DNA of 64,000 nucleotides. Source: a bacterium. GTDB lineage: Bacteria; RBG-13-61-14; DATKZS01. This document shows, one piece after another, positions 38,386 to 48,521 of this stretch. The position numbers and the translations under genes are program-made. The notes beneath the pieces are model-generated. The model was not told the DNA's origin and ran no database searches. It worked only from the letters and a program-made list of their open reading frames with translations. The first letter of the stretch is position 1; each line of letters begins with the position of its first letter. The stretch is from the NCBI GenBank assembly GCA_963674965.2, contig CAXXFL010000001.1, positions 704,001-768,000 of the forward strand. Reading direction: 5' to 3'.

Positions 38386-39024
38386 ATGGCCATGCCTGAA
38401 ATGAAGGGCCCCCGTAAGATATCCGATCTTACCTGCATTATCATGGCGGGCGGAAAAAGCAGCAGAATGGGCTCCGACAAGGCCCTCCTCAAACTGGGAG
38501 GAATGACTCTCATCGAGCGCTCCGCCCGCCAGGCGGCCAAGGTTTTCGAGCGCGTGGTTATATCGGGGCCGCCAAGCCTGGGCTGGACCGGCTTTCGGGC
38601 CATTCCCGACGACCGCCCGCCCGAGGGACCGCTGATGGGGCTTTTATCGGTTATGAGGACCATCGATTCCCCGTGGTTTTTCACGCTTCCCTGCGATTCG
38701 CCCTTTGTGCCCGAGGCCTTTTTGCGGGGCATGGCCGGCCTCAGGGAGGGAGTGGACGCGGTCGTTCCCATGATCGAGGACTATTACGAGCCGCTCCACG
38801 CCCTGTACTCGAGGTCCTTGAGAGAGGAGGCCGAGCGTTTCGTGGCTGAGGGGGAGCGGCAGATACTTCGTCTTTTCGAGAGGGCGAGAACGAGGGTCGT
38901 GGGCCCGGAACTTCTTTTTGAATGGGACCCCCGGTCGCTCGCCTTCTTTAACGTGAATTATCCAGGTGACCTTATTGAGGCCGAGGAAATCCTTCAAGGC
39001 CTCACGCGGGAGGGACTTGACTGA
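38386..39024 (+). CDS. mobA: Molybdenum cofactor guanylyltransferase
   Basis: MAGGKSSRMGSDKA, GPLMG, PCDSPF, EPLHALY, FFNVN. Confidence 0.92.
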   Translation: MAMPEMKGPRKISDLTCIIMAGGKSSRMGSDKALLKLGGMTLIERSARQAAKVFERVVISGPPSLGWTGFRAIPDDRPPEGPLMGLLSVMRTIDSPWFFTLPCDSPFVPEAFLRGMAGLREGVDAVVPMIEDYYEPLHALYSRSLREEAERFVAEGERQILRLFERARTRVVGPELLFEWDPRSLAFFNVNYPGDLIEAEEILQGLTREGLD

Positions 39025-39168
39025 TAGTGGGCTTTCGTTTGACTGGATGGAAGCCGGTTGGTATGTTTGAACGGCGTCGCAAAGGCGAAAACACGAACAA
39101 TTTTCGCTTTACAACCTGGTAAAACGCAAATAAAATATAGGATAACGAAGACTTATGGAGGGTTTGAA

Positions 39169-40278
39169 ATGAAGCGTCGCGATTTTATCAACCTTACCGC
39201 CGCTGGGGCGGCCGCTTTGGCCCTGGTTGGAAAACCAGGATCGAGCCGGGCCTTTGACATGCTACTCGAGGATTGCCGGGACCTTCAGCGCTTCGACTGG
39301 TTCGAGGCCGGGCCGGACGGCAAATTGCTTCTGTCCGACGGGGTGGCCGACGAGATCATCGACTTCCATACTCACATCGGGCTATCCTTCCTCGCCACTC
39401 CCCACGTCGACCTCGGCAGGCGGGATGAAGACCCGCTGACCTTTTTCCCGGTGGAAGGCAATCCCATTGACCTCAGCCTTTACGCGGCCGACAGCTTCAC
39501 CGAGGAAAACGCGAAGACGGCTCGCAAGGAATCGGTGCGCCAGGCCTACTCGATAAGGGGATACGCCTCGACTCATACTCCGCTCAACCTGCTCGATATG
39601 ATGGATCGGACCCGCGTGTCCAAATCGGTCATCCTGGCCATCGACTACCCGGACGGACTTTCCCATAACACCAAACACTATCTTAAGTGCTCGGAGATGT
39701 ACGACCGTCTTATCACCTTTTGCTCGGTCCATCCCCACGACGCGCAAGTCGAGCGGAAGACCCTCAAGTTCAAAGAGAAAGGCGCCGTCGGCATGAAGCT
39801 GCATCCGCCGAACCAACTCGTTCGGGCCAATAACAAAAAATGCATGGAATTGACAAAGATGTGCGGAGAGATTGGCCTACCCTGTCTTTTCCATTCCGGG
39901 CATTCTCCCCTCTCGCCCCAGTCCCTGGCGGACTACCCCGCCATCAAGCACTTCTGGGAGCCAGTCGAGAAGCAGCCGGACACGACGTTCATACTGGCTC
40001 ACGGCGGCATGAACATGTACAAGGAGCTTATCGACCTGGCCGTCCGGCATGAAAACGTTATTATCGAGCTTTCCGGCCAGGCCCCCGGTCCCATCAGCGA
40101 GATGATCGAGGCCGGCCTCGAGGACCGCATGTTATTCGGGTCGGACTGGCCCTATTACGTCGAGGCCCTGCCGCTGGCCAAGGTGCTTATCGGTACTGAG
40201 GGTAAGCCGGAGGCGAGGAAAAAGATACTTTACGACAACGGGGCCAGGCTGTTCGAGCAAATGGGGGTCTCAACTTAA
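39169..40278 (+). CDS. Tat-exported amidohydrolase family protein
   Basis: KRRDFI twin-arginine; DFHTH, KLHP, HSG, AHGG, FGSDWP. Confidence 0.88.
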   Translation: MKRRDFINLTAAGAAALALVGKPGSSRAFDMLLEDCRDLQRFDWFEAGPDGKLLLSDGVADEIIDFHTHIGLSFLATPHVDLGRRDEDPLTFFPVEGNPIDLSLYAADSFTEENAKTARKESVRQAYSIRGYASTHTPLNLLDMMDRTRVSKSVILAIDYPDGLSHNTKHYLKCSEMYDRLITFCSVHPHDAQVERKTLKFKEKGAVGMKLHPPNQLVRANNKKCMELTKMCGEIGLPCLFHSGHSPLSPQSLADYPAIKHFWEPVEKQPDTTFILAHGGMNMYKELIDLAVRHENVIIELSGQAPGPISEMIEAGLEDRMLFGSDWPYYVEALPLAKVLIGTEGKPEARKKILYDNGARLFEQMGVST

Positions 40279-40578
40279 AGCCTGAGATTTTTTGCGCGAG
40301 AAATTATATTCGGCCTTGCATGCCGATGGTTGTCAGGATTGGGGCCTTCGGAAATTATTTAGGAACCGTCCTTGGGAGACTCGTTAATCGAACGCGGGGG
40401 CCCCTATTAAGGGGCCTCAAAATTTTTCAAAGCCTTGATATTCACATTCTCCCCTAATAATGGCGTTGCATGATAGAATATGGAAGGGGAGAGAAGCTAT
40501 TCCCATCCAGATCATGAGAAATTGCTCGCGAGTAAACATGCCGGCCGAATGCCGTAATTTTATTACCCGGGAAACGCC

Positions 40579-41517
40579 ATGAGTTTCGTGCTGGAGATAG
40601 TCAACATCGTTTCGCCCGTGTTCCTGGTGATCGGCGTGGGATACGCCTTGGGCCGGCGCAAGTTTCTCGAGCGCGACGTAATCGACGGTATGTCTCGCCT
40701 GGTATTTTACGTGGCTGCCCCGGCCCTTCTTTTCCATGGAGCGGCCAAGGCCGACCTGGCCGAGGCCTTCGATTTGAGGATAGTATCCGTGTCCTACGCG
40801 GCCTCGATCATCACCGCCTTTGGAGTGTACTTTCTATCCGCCCGCGTCATCCCCGCCCGGCGGGGCGTGATCGCGCAAGGGTCCTTTCGCAGCAACATGT
40901 TTTTCGTGGGCCTGCCCGTCGTCGTCAACGCCTACGGAGAGGACGTGATCGGGCCGGCGGCCGTTTTTATCGGGTTCATGGTTCCCCTTATCAATTTCCT
41001 TTCCGTAATCGTCCTGACCATGCCCCATACAAAAGGGGGCGACGGCGCCGGCAACGTGGCGGGCCGGATCGTAAAGGACGTGTTTACCAATCCCCTTATC
41101 ATATCCAGCGCCGCGGGCATACTCTTTTCCTTTTTTGGGCTGACCATTCCCAAGCCCGTTGACGGCACCCTCGGTCTTATTGGCCGCGTCGCCATGCCCC
41201 TGGCCCTGTTAACGGTAGGCGCCAGCCTGGACTTCGGAAAGCTGAAAGCGCAGCTTCCGGCGACGGCGCTGACTTCTCTCATCAAGCTGATCATTTACCC
41301 GGTCCCGGTTTACCTGGTCATGTCGGCGCTTGGCGTGAGTGGAGAGAAGCTTCATTTCGCGGTTATTTTAATGGCCACGCCCACGGCGGTGGTCAGCCAC
41401 GTCATGGCCCGAGAGATGAAGGGGGACGACGACCTGGCCGGGGCCGTTGTCCTGGGCACGACCATCGCCTCGGTTCTCACCATATCCGGGTGGCTGGCGT
41501 TTTTTATGTACGACTGA
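40579..41517 (+). CDS. AEC (auxin efflux carrier) family transporter
   Basis: PALLF, SNMFFVGLP, NPLI, ATPTA; ~10 TM. Confidence 0.9.
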   Translation: MSFVLEIVNIVSPVFLVIGVGYALGRRKFLERDVIDGMSRLVFYVAAPALLFHGAAKADLAEAFDLRIVSVSYAASIITAFGVYFLSARVIPARRGVIAQGSFRSNMFFVGLPVVVNAYGEDVIGPAAVFIGFMVPLINFLSVIVLTMPHTKGGDGAGNVAGRIVKDVFTNPLIISSAAGILFSFFGLTIPKPVDGTLGLIGRVAMPLALLTVGASLDFGKLKAQLPATALTSLIKLIIYPVPVYLVMSALGVSGEKLHFAVILMATPTAVVSHVMAREMKGDDDLAGAVVLGTTIASVLTISGWLAFFMYD

Positions 41518-41567
41518 CGGAACGCCCGCACGCGGCGGGCCTTATATAGAAAAGCATGGAGGCGGCA

Positions 41568-42236
41568 ATGGCGGAAAAAATTCTCTTTTCCTGGAGCGGC
41601 GGCAAGGACAGCTCGATGGGACTATGGCGAATCATGGAAGGCGGCGACTACGAGGTGGAAGCCTTGATGACTACCGTAACCGACGCTTATAACCGCGTCA
41701 GCATCCACGGGGTTCGGCGCGAGCTTTTAAAGGCGCAGGCCGAATCGATCGGCCTTCCTCTTCTCGAGATATCTCTTCCGGGCAAGACGTCGAACGAGGA
41801 ATATGAGGAAATAATGGGCCGGGAGATGGAGAAGGCCAGGCAAAGGGGCGTGTTCAAAGTGGCCTTTTCCGATCTGTACCTCGAGGACGTCCGCGAGTAC
41901 CGGGAAAAAAACCTGGCCCGTGCCCGAATGAAGGCCATCTTCCCCGTGTGGGGGGAGGACACTCTGGCCTTTGCCCATGACTTTATAAAGTCCGGCTTCA
42001 AGGCCGTCATTACCTGCGTTGATACCCGGGCGCTTGAGGCGTCCTTTTCCGGCAGGTTTTTCGATGAGTCCTTTTTAGAAGACTTGCCCGAGGGAGTGGA
42101 CCCCTGCGGAGAAAACGGGGAATTCCATTCCTATGTTTTCGACGGCCCAATTTTCCATAAGTCAATCCAGATTGAACTGGGGGAAAGAGTGCTCAGGGAA
42201 CAGCGGTTCCAATACATTGACGTTCTGGCCGCCTGA
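41568..42236 (+). CDS. PP-loop ATP-binding protein (diphthine--ammonia ligase family)
   Basis: SWSGGKDS, DPCGENGEFHS. Confidence 0.9.
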   Translation: MAEKILFSWSGGKDSSMGLWRIMEGGDYEVEALMTTVTDAYNRVSIHGVRRELLKAQAESIGLPLLEISLPGKTSNEEYEEIMGREMEKARQRGVFKVAFSDLYLEDVREYREKNLARARMKAIFPVWGEDTLAFAHDFIKSGFKAVITCVDTRALEASFSGRFFDESFLEDLPEGVDPCGENGEFHSYVFDGPIFHKSIQIELGERVLREQRFQYIDVLAA

Positions 42237-42473
42237 GCGTGGAATGTTTTGCGTCAGGCGTGAAAAAACGCCATCATAGTGAGGGGCCCGTATGGATTTC
42301 TTTCCGGGCGAGGCAAGGCCGCGCGCTTTATTATTCGTTTATTTCGTCATGCCCGCGGCAAACGCCGCTTTAATGGCCGCGGATTGGTTAATCAATTTCT
42401 TTGTCGGCGGGTAACCATGAAAAAAATATCGAGTGGCGCTGAACGGACATGGACGATCAATTAGGAAGGCTTC

Positions 42474-44201
42474 ATGAATAGGACTTGGGCCGGGATTTTT
42501 CTTCTCGTCATGGTGCTGTCGCTCGCCGCTTACGGCCGTTACTCGGGCGCTCCCGTCCGAACCTTCGAGAAGGTAATAGACTCGCGATCCGGCTCGCCTA
42601 TTCGCGTCCAGGTTTTCTTTCCGGCCAAGACCGACGGTTTCGCGGAAAAATCCCGTCCCGCCGTCGTGGCTATCCCTCCTTACAGCATCCATCCCGAGGC
42701 CATGGAGATCATCTGCGCCGAGCTGGCCAGAAGAGGGGCGGCCTGCGCCGTTCCTAATTTTTTCGGCAAGACCCCCGAGGAATCGCGGCAGCACATGGAC
42801 AAGGAGAGCCTCAACATAATGGCTGAGGACGTCTTTACCATCGTCCAGTACCTTCGCTCCCTTCCCTGGGTCGATCCCCGTAAAATTGGCGCCTGCGGCC
42901 ACTCGGTTGGCGGCACGGTGACGACGCTGGTGGGAATAAGGGACCCCAATCTGGCGGCCGCCGTTCCCATCGGCATGGAGTCCATGTTCCTGGAAAAGCG
43001 CCCCCGGAACCTCCTCTTTCTATCCGGACTTTACGACGAGATACACTCGCCCAAGGCCCTGCTTGAAAACCTCAAGGAGCATGAAGTCACGGACAACCCC
43101 CAGCTTGACCAGCTTTACGGGTCCTTTGAAAAAAACAACGCCCGGCAAGTAACGGTTATTCCGACCACCGACCACTTCATCGAGACCTTCGATTATCTTC
43201 TTATTAAAAAGCTTCTTGACTGGTACGCGCGGGCTTTTAACGCGCCCGAGCTCGGCGCCGGACCGCTTGAAGAGTGGTTCAAGAGGGTATCGCAATTCTT
43301 CCTGGCCTTTAGCCTCACGGCGCTATACGCCATGGCTTACGGCGCGTTCGCGAAAAGGATGGCCAGACGCATGGCGGCCTTTAAGCCGTCCTGGCTGATC
43401 CTCCGGATCACCGCCTTGCCGGCGGTTCCCTGTCTTATCGCGGCGTATCTTTTAGGTTTTCATTTTCCCGAGCACAGGTCGCTGGCCATGGACCTTATGA
43501 TATCTCTTATCCTGGGACAGGAGGTTGCCGTGACCATGGCCAGGGGCGAGCTGACTCATCCCGGACGCTCTCCTTTCCGTGCCTGGCGTAGCGCCCTTTT
43601 CATCCTGGCGGCCCTGGGCGTCGGGACCCTTTTAAGCTTCGGCATAGTTACGGCGCCGGACTTTTTCAGGTATGAGGGGACTATCAAATGGTATCCGGTG
43701 TTTTTCGCCAATATGACCTTTCTTTTTCCCATCGAGGTTTGGGGAAGGGCCAAGCCCTTTTTATTCGCCGAATACATAGGAGGGTTTAAGCCGGACCTTT
43801 TATATTTTGCTCTCGCGGCCTTTGCCATGCTTTTCCCCGGACATCTGCTTTGGCTTTTCGAAATCGTGCTCCGAGAGCTGACCTTGACCGTAAGAAGAGG
43901 CCTGAAACCGCTGGCCCCCAAAGGCATGGCGGCTATTCCACTGAAAGAAGAAAAGAATAGCCAAACCATTGATAAAAAAGCGCCGGGCGCTCCCTTCTCT
44001 CCCGTCAAACTCTCTGTTCTCGCGCTTCTGTTTATAATCCTCATTTTTTTTGGAGCCAAAAGAATAAGGGAGGGAATGCTGACGCTCGAGACCTTCTGGC
44101 TGGTCGTGGTGTCCCTTACCCGCTTCGCCGTGCTGCCTTTTATTATCACGTGGCTGATCGTAAGGACCCGAGGATTCAGAAAAATCAGCCTGCTCGATTG
44201 A
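42474..44201 (+). CDS. Alpha/beta hydrolase fused to multi-TM membrane domain
   Basis: GHSVGG nucleophile elbow, GLYDE, TDH; hydrophobic C-terminal half. Confidence 0.8.
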   Translation: MNRTWAGIFLLVMVLSLAAYGRYSGAPVRTFEKVIDSRSGSPIRVQVFFPAKTDGFAEKSRPAVVAIPPYSIHPEAMEIICAELARRGAACAVPNFFGKTPEESRQHMDKESLNIMAEDVFTIVQYLRSLPWVDPRKIGACGHSVGGTVTTLVGIRDPNLAAAVPIGMESMFLEKRPRNLLFLSGLYDEIHSPKALLENLKEHEVTDNPQLDQLYGSFEKNNARQVTVIPTTDHFIETFDYLLIKKLLDWYARAFNAPELGAGPLEEWFKRVSQFFLAFSLTALYAMAYGAFAKRMARRMAAFKPSWLILRITALPAVPCLIAAYLLGFHFPEHRSLAMDLMISLILGQEVAVTMARGELTHPGRSPFRAWRSALFILAALGVGTLLSFGIVTAPDFFRYEGTIKWYPVFFANMTFLFPIEVWGRAKPFLFAEYIGGFKPDLLYFALAAFAMLFPGHLLWLFEIVLRELTLTVRRGLKPLAPKGMAAIPLKEEKNSQTIDKKAPGAPFSPVKLSVLALLFIILIFFGAKRIREGMLTLETFWLVVVSLTRFAVLPFIITWLIVRTRGFRKISLLD

Positions 44202-44317
44202 ACTCTTTTGCCGCGCCTATAAAGGGATGGACCGGAAGGTAAATTCTTTTGCTTTCAGAGGCCAAGGCGTCTATTATAATAAGATTATGAAGTCCCCGAT
44301 ACAAAGAGGTATTTTGT

Positions 44318-45307
44318 ATGCCGGCCAATAAAAAGCGGCTTCTGGGATTGGACCTGGTGGGCCGCGATCTCGAGGCGGTCGAGTCCCTTCTGGCCGAGGA
44401 AACCCGGTCCGAGGTTCAACTGGTAATCGACGTTTCGCGTCATATCCTGGACAGCGGCGGCAAGCGTTTTCGTCCCATGCTCACTCTCCTGGTCGGTCGC
44501 ATGCTCGGGCTTAGACGCAAGAAGGAGCTTATCTGTTACGCCGCCGGGATCGAGTTTGCCCATACCTCGACTCTTCTCCATGACGACGTAATCGACGAGG
44601 GCGAAGTTAGAAGAGGCAAGATAAGCGCCAACCGCGCCTTTGGCAATTCCCCCTCCATCATCGTGGGCGATTACGTCCTGTTCAAGGGTTTCTCCTTGAT
44701 GGTCAGGGGGAAAAACATGGAGGTCTTGAAAATCATCTCCAACGTGGCCGTGCAGATGGCGGAGGGAGAGGCCTACCAGCTTACTCAGAAGTCCAGGATC
44801 GACCTTGGCGAGAAGGAGTACGAAAAAATAATCCGGGGCAAAACGGCCCTCCTTATCCAGGCGGCCTGCGAGATTCCGGCCATCGCCGCGGGGGCCACGC
44901 CAAAACAAGCTAATTGCGCGGGAAAGTTCGGCTATTTGCTGGGGCTGGCCTTCCAGATCGCCGACGACGTGCTGGATTACTCGGCCACCGACAAGGGCTG
45001 GGGCAAGAAGGTGGGCCAGGATTTCCTGGAGGGCAAGACCACCCTGCCCTTGATTTTCACCTACCAGGCCGCCTCCAAGAACGAGCGGGAAGAACTGAAA
45101 GCTCTCTATAAAAAACCTTCCCGTACCCGGGAAGATTTTCAAAGGGTCATGGAACTTATCGCAAAGTATGACGCGCTGAACAAATCCAAGGCTCGCGCCA
45201 TGGCTCACGTGGAAGAAGGCAAAAAGCAACTTCAGGTCTTTCCGGACAACGCCGCTCGGCGGGCCCTTTCGGACCTGGCCGATTACGTGGTTGAAAGGGT
45301 GATATAA
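44318..45307 (+). CDS. Polyprenyl diphosphate synthase (IspB-like)
   Basis: GGKRFRP, LHDDVID..RRG, GKTA, FQIADDVLD, EGKTTLP. Confidence 0.93.
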   Translation: MPANKKRLLGLDLVGRDLEAVESLLAEETRSEVQLVIDVSRHILDSGGKRFRPMLTLLVGRMLGLRRKKELICYAAGIEFAHTSTLLHDDVIDEGEVRRGKISANRAFGNSPSIIVGDYVLFKGFSLMVRGKNMEVLKIISNVAVQMAEGEAYQLTQKSRIDLGEKEYEKIIRGKTALLIQAACEIPAIAAGATPKQANCAGKFGYLLGLAFQIADDVLDYSATDKGWGKKVGQDFLEGKTTLPLIFTYQAASKNEREELKALYKKPSRTREDFQRVMELIAKYDALNKSKARAMAHVEEGKKQLQVFPDNAARRALSDLADYVVERVI

Positions 45308-45406
45308 GGGAAATCACCGGAGGTTTATCGAGCCCGGCCTAATTCATCCTGATTCTGCCGCTTGTCGATAAGGACAGCGCGCCGGTATTGACAGCCAAAA
45401 ACAACC

Positions 45407-45501
45407 AGGGCCCCGGAAGCGCAATACTTCGCGGGGCCCTTATTGCGGCCTTCAGCCCACTCGAGGTGGGGATATGGATTGTTGGCGGGCCTTGGGCTGA
45501 A
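45407..45501. terminator. Two hairpins between convergent genes
   Basis: AGGGCCCCG/CGGGGCCCT (45407-45440) and TTCAGCCCA/TGGGCTGAA (45451-45501). Confidence 0.5.
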
Positions 45502-45509
45502 CCCGGAAA

Positions 45510-46082
45510 TCACATGAGATTTTGCAGCGCCATGAGGAACATCATGTCGCCCGAGAACTGCATCTTGCCGCCCATGACCAGGGTTTGGCCGTCCACTTCC
45601 TTGCTTTGCATGGCCGCCCAGTCGCTCAGGCTCAGCTTGATGACGCTCTCCGGCGAGGCGGCCCCGTTAAAGACCATGGCCAGTTTGGCGATGGAGCCGT
45701 CCGGTTTGGTAAGCTCCGCCTTGAGAGTGCCGCTCGTGGATTGAAGCGCCGCGTAGCGGGCCGCGTCCGCCGCCTGCTGAGGGTCGGTAAATTGATCCAT
45801 GCCCGCCTCGATCTTGCCCGTGACCGAGTCCCGCCAGAAATCCTCGGATATCTGGATGCCCAGCATGGGCTTTTCAATGCCGCCCTCGATTATCTCGAGG
45901 TCCTTGCCGTCTTTGACCTTGAGACAATATTTTTTTCCGTCCACGTCGAACTGGAGGGTGAAATCTTTGCCCGCCATGACCGACATGTCCGCGCCCTCGA
46001 GTGTCTCCTTGAACTGCCTGGGCACTAAGTCCTTGAAGAAGTCATCCACGCTGATGTTTTCCGGCGCCTGGAACATTGCCAT
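45510..46082 (-). CDS. SCP2 sterol/lipid-binding domain protein (tandem SCP2)
   Basis: LQFDVDG..IIEG; DGQTLVMGGKMQFSGDM. Confidence 0.8.
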   Translation of the reverse strand: MAMFQAPENISVDDFFKDLVPRQFKETLEGADMSVMAGKDFTLQFDVDGKKYCLKVKDGKDLEIIEGGIEKPMLGIQISEDFWRDSVTGKIEAGMDQFTDPQQAADAARYAALQSTSGTLKAELTKPDGSIAKLAMVFNGAASPESVIKLSLSDWAAMQSKEVDGQTLVMGGKMQFSGDMMFLMALQNLM

Positions 46083-46254
46083 TTTTTTCCTCCCTGCAAC
46101 ATAATTATTGGAGCGTTATTTTTACGCTCGTTAAAGTATAGGGCCGGATCAGTCGATTGTCAACGGTTTTTTTAACGAAAGTTTAAAAATAGCGGGGCTG
46201 ATTCATGAAACACATTTTAAAACGGCGCCTTACTTGAAAATATAACGCGACTCG

Positions 46255-46731
46255 TCAATAGACGTTGATCTGGGCCAGAGCGTCGCAGCGCGAGTTATTG
46301 TTCTCGTTTGACTCGTCGTGATCGGACCAAAAGTCAATGTAGCCGCATACGTAATATACTCCTACCGGCGTACCGGCCAGCACCGGGCAGGAAGCGTTGG
46401 CCGTAAAGCTTTCCCCCGCGTGCAGGTCTTCCGAATACGAATTGTAGCACTCAAGTATATCCGAGCTGGGCCAGTAGCATTCAGCGTCGGTCGAGAAAAA
46501 CAAGCCCACGTCATAGAACGAAACATAAGCGTTGCCGGCGTTTTTGGCGGTATAGTTTACGAAAAAATTCTGCCCTACAGTCGCGTTGAGCGTATAATTG
46601 TGAAAGGAAGTAATCGTCAGATCGCTGTAAAAAGCCGGCCCATCGGGCGTGTCACCCTCCCCCTCCCCGCAGCTAAGACAGCAGAAAATGGCGCATAGGA
46701 CGATGATGAAATGATACTTGATTTTTGACAT
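46255..46731 (-). CDS. Putative lipoprotein with CARDB/Ig-like domain
   Basis: Lipobox CLSC; SDL..KNAG..ESNENNN; AGGAGG RBS. Confidence 0.75.
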   Translation of the reverse strand: MSKIKYHFIIVLCAIFCCLSCGEGEGDTPDGPAFYSDLTITSFHNYTLNATVGQNFFVNYTAKNAGNAYVSFYDVGLFFSTDAECYWPSSDILECYNSYSEDLHAGESFTANASCPVLAGTPVGVYYVCGYIDFWSDHDESNENNNSRCDALAQINVY

Positions 46732-47105
46732 GCTTCGCCTCCTGTTTCATGCAAGATAAAATTTCCCCGGAGTCAGGATGATAACCATCCCCACGCCCGT
46801 AAAGCTCCTTTGCATGGCTCGACGCCTCGGTGATTGTACAAATGGTAAAACATTACTTAACAAAAGGCAATGCACTATTATGAAAGGGGTCTCAAATCCT
46901 GAAAAGTTAATGGAACCGCGCTGAAAAATTTTTTACCAAACCGCGCTCCGATAAAAATCTTTTTAAAAATTGTTCCCCTCCCCTTGATATGGACCCAATA
47001 TTGTGTTTTATTCCATGAATACAAAAGCTTAACCCCAAGGGAAAAGCGAAGGCCCTTGCCTTGACGGCTTTTCGGGACGGCATATTTACCCTGGAGGAAA
47101 TATCC

Positions 47106-48521
47106 ATGAATCAGGAGCCGCAAAATTTAGCGCAAAATCAGTACATGACGACCAACCAGGTGATCCGGGTTATCCAGGAGCATCTGGAGAAGTCCGAGGT
47201 CGAGGAAGCCGCCAAGCTTTACAGCCATTGCCAGGAAGACGTGGGATATCTTCTGATGACGAGGATGCCCCGCGAGAGGCCGCTCCAGGCCAAGATGGCC
47301 AAGATGTTCTTCGCGGCCAAGGACTACGAAAAGGCCGCGCTGGTACTCGAGGCCAACGAGGAGTATAAAAGGGCGGCCGAGCTTTACGAGCGGACCGATC
47401 AGTTCGAGAACGCGGCTGAAATGTGGCTCAAGATAGGAGAGCCCAAACGGGCGGCCCACAACCACGAGAAGAACGGGGCCTGGCAGAACGCGGCCGAAAT
47501 CTACACCCAGCTCGGGGACTACGAGCGGGCGGCCTATTGCTTCGAGAAGGCCATCAACCACTACCTTGCGGGCAAGTATTATTACCAGCTCAACAAATTC
47601 CAGAAATCCATGGAGCTTCTCCAGAAGATCAAGGAGGATGAGGAGCACTACCTCGAGGCGACCTCCATGATCGCCAACATCCTGGCCATGCACGGATACC
47701 TGGACATGGCCATCGCCAAGTATAAAAGCGTGTCCAAGAGCGTTCCCCTCTCTGGAGCTTCCCTTTCGGTTTATTACAACCTCGCCCAACTTGACGAGAA
47801 AAAGGGCGACCTGGGCGAGGCCCTCCAGTATTACCGCGACGTCGCCTCGGTGGACTCCTCTTACAAGGACGTGCAAAAAAGGATCGCCGATTTGTCCGAA
47901 AAGATTTCGGACGATAAGGCCGTCGACTTTTCCGAGGAGGAAGAGGGGGGCGAGGACATGCTCGAGATGCTCGAGAGCCAGCCCATCGCGGAGGACGTCC
48001 TGCCGATGGGGGCCCTTAGCGAGTACGCTCAGGCCCAGCAGACCAAGATCGTGAGCGTCATGGACGGCTTCGAGTTCCTTAAGAACACGTCTCTTTTCGA
48101 CCGCCTCTCCTTAACGGAGATGAAACGCTTGTGGAACATCTGCGAGGTGCAAGACTTCGGACCCGACGAGATAATAATCGAGCAGGACGAGCCGGGCCAG
48201 GGCCTTTTCATCGTCAAGTGGGGCAAGGTGATCGTGCAGAGGATCGAGGGCGACAAGGTAACGAACCTTGTTCAACTCGGTGAGGGCGCCCACGTGGGCG
48301 AGATGTCCCTGGTAGACATGGCGCCCACCTCGGCCCGGGTCATCGCGGGCCAGGACGGCGCCCAGGTTTTCGCCATGACGCCGCAGAGGTTCGAGGACCT
48401 GCTCGAGTCCGACCAGCGCATCGCCATCAAGGTCTACCGCGTGTTCGCGGAAACCTTTTGCCAGCGGCTTCGAAAGACCACGGCCGAGCTTTCGGCCCTC
48501 AAGGCCAAGGTGGGAGATTGA
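47106..48521 (+). CDS. TPR + cyclic-nucleotide-binding domain protein
   Basis: AAELYE repeats, YKDV, C-terminal cNMP (GEMSLVD..PTSARV); GGAGG RBS. Confidence 0.85.
   Translation: MNQEPQNLAQNQYMTTNQVIRVIQEHLEKSEVEEAAKLYSHCQEDVGYLLMTRMPRERPLQAKMAKMFFAAKDYEKAALVLEANEEYKRAAELYERTDQFENAAEMWLKIGEPKRAAHNHEKNGAWQNAAEIYTQLGDYERAAYCFEKAINHYLAGKYYYQLNKFQKSMELLQKIKEDEEHYLEATSMIANILAMHGYLDMAIAKYKSVSKSVPLSGASLSVYYNLAQLDEKKGDLGEALQYYRDVASVDSSYKDVQKRIADLSEKISDDKAVDFSEEEEGGEDMLEMLESQPIAEDVLPMGALSEYAQAQQTKIVSVMDGFEFLKNTSLFDRLSLTEMKRLWNICEVQDFGPDEIIIEQDEPGQGLFIVKWGKVIVQRIEGDKVTNLVQLGEGAHVGEMSLVDMAPTSARVIAGQDGAQVFAMTPQRFEDLLESDQRIAIKVYRVFAETFCQRLRKTTAELSALKAKVGD

Noticed and set aside
37098-46000. Genomic island integrated at tRNA-Val
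   Set aside because: No integrase, no duplicated tRNA 3' end seen, downstream genes look native
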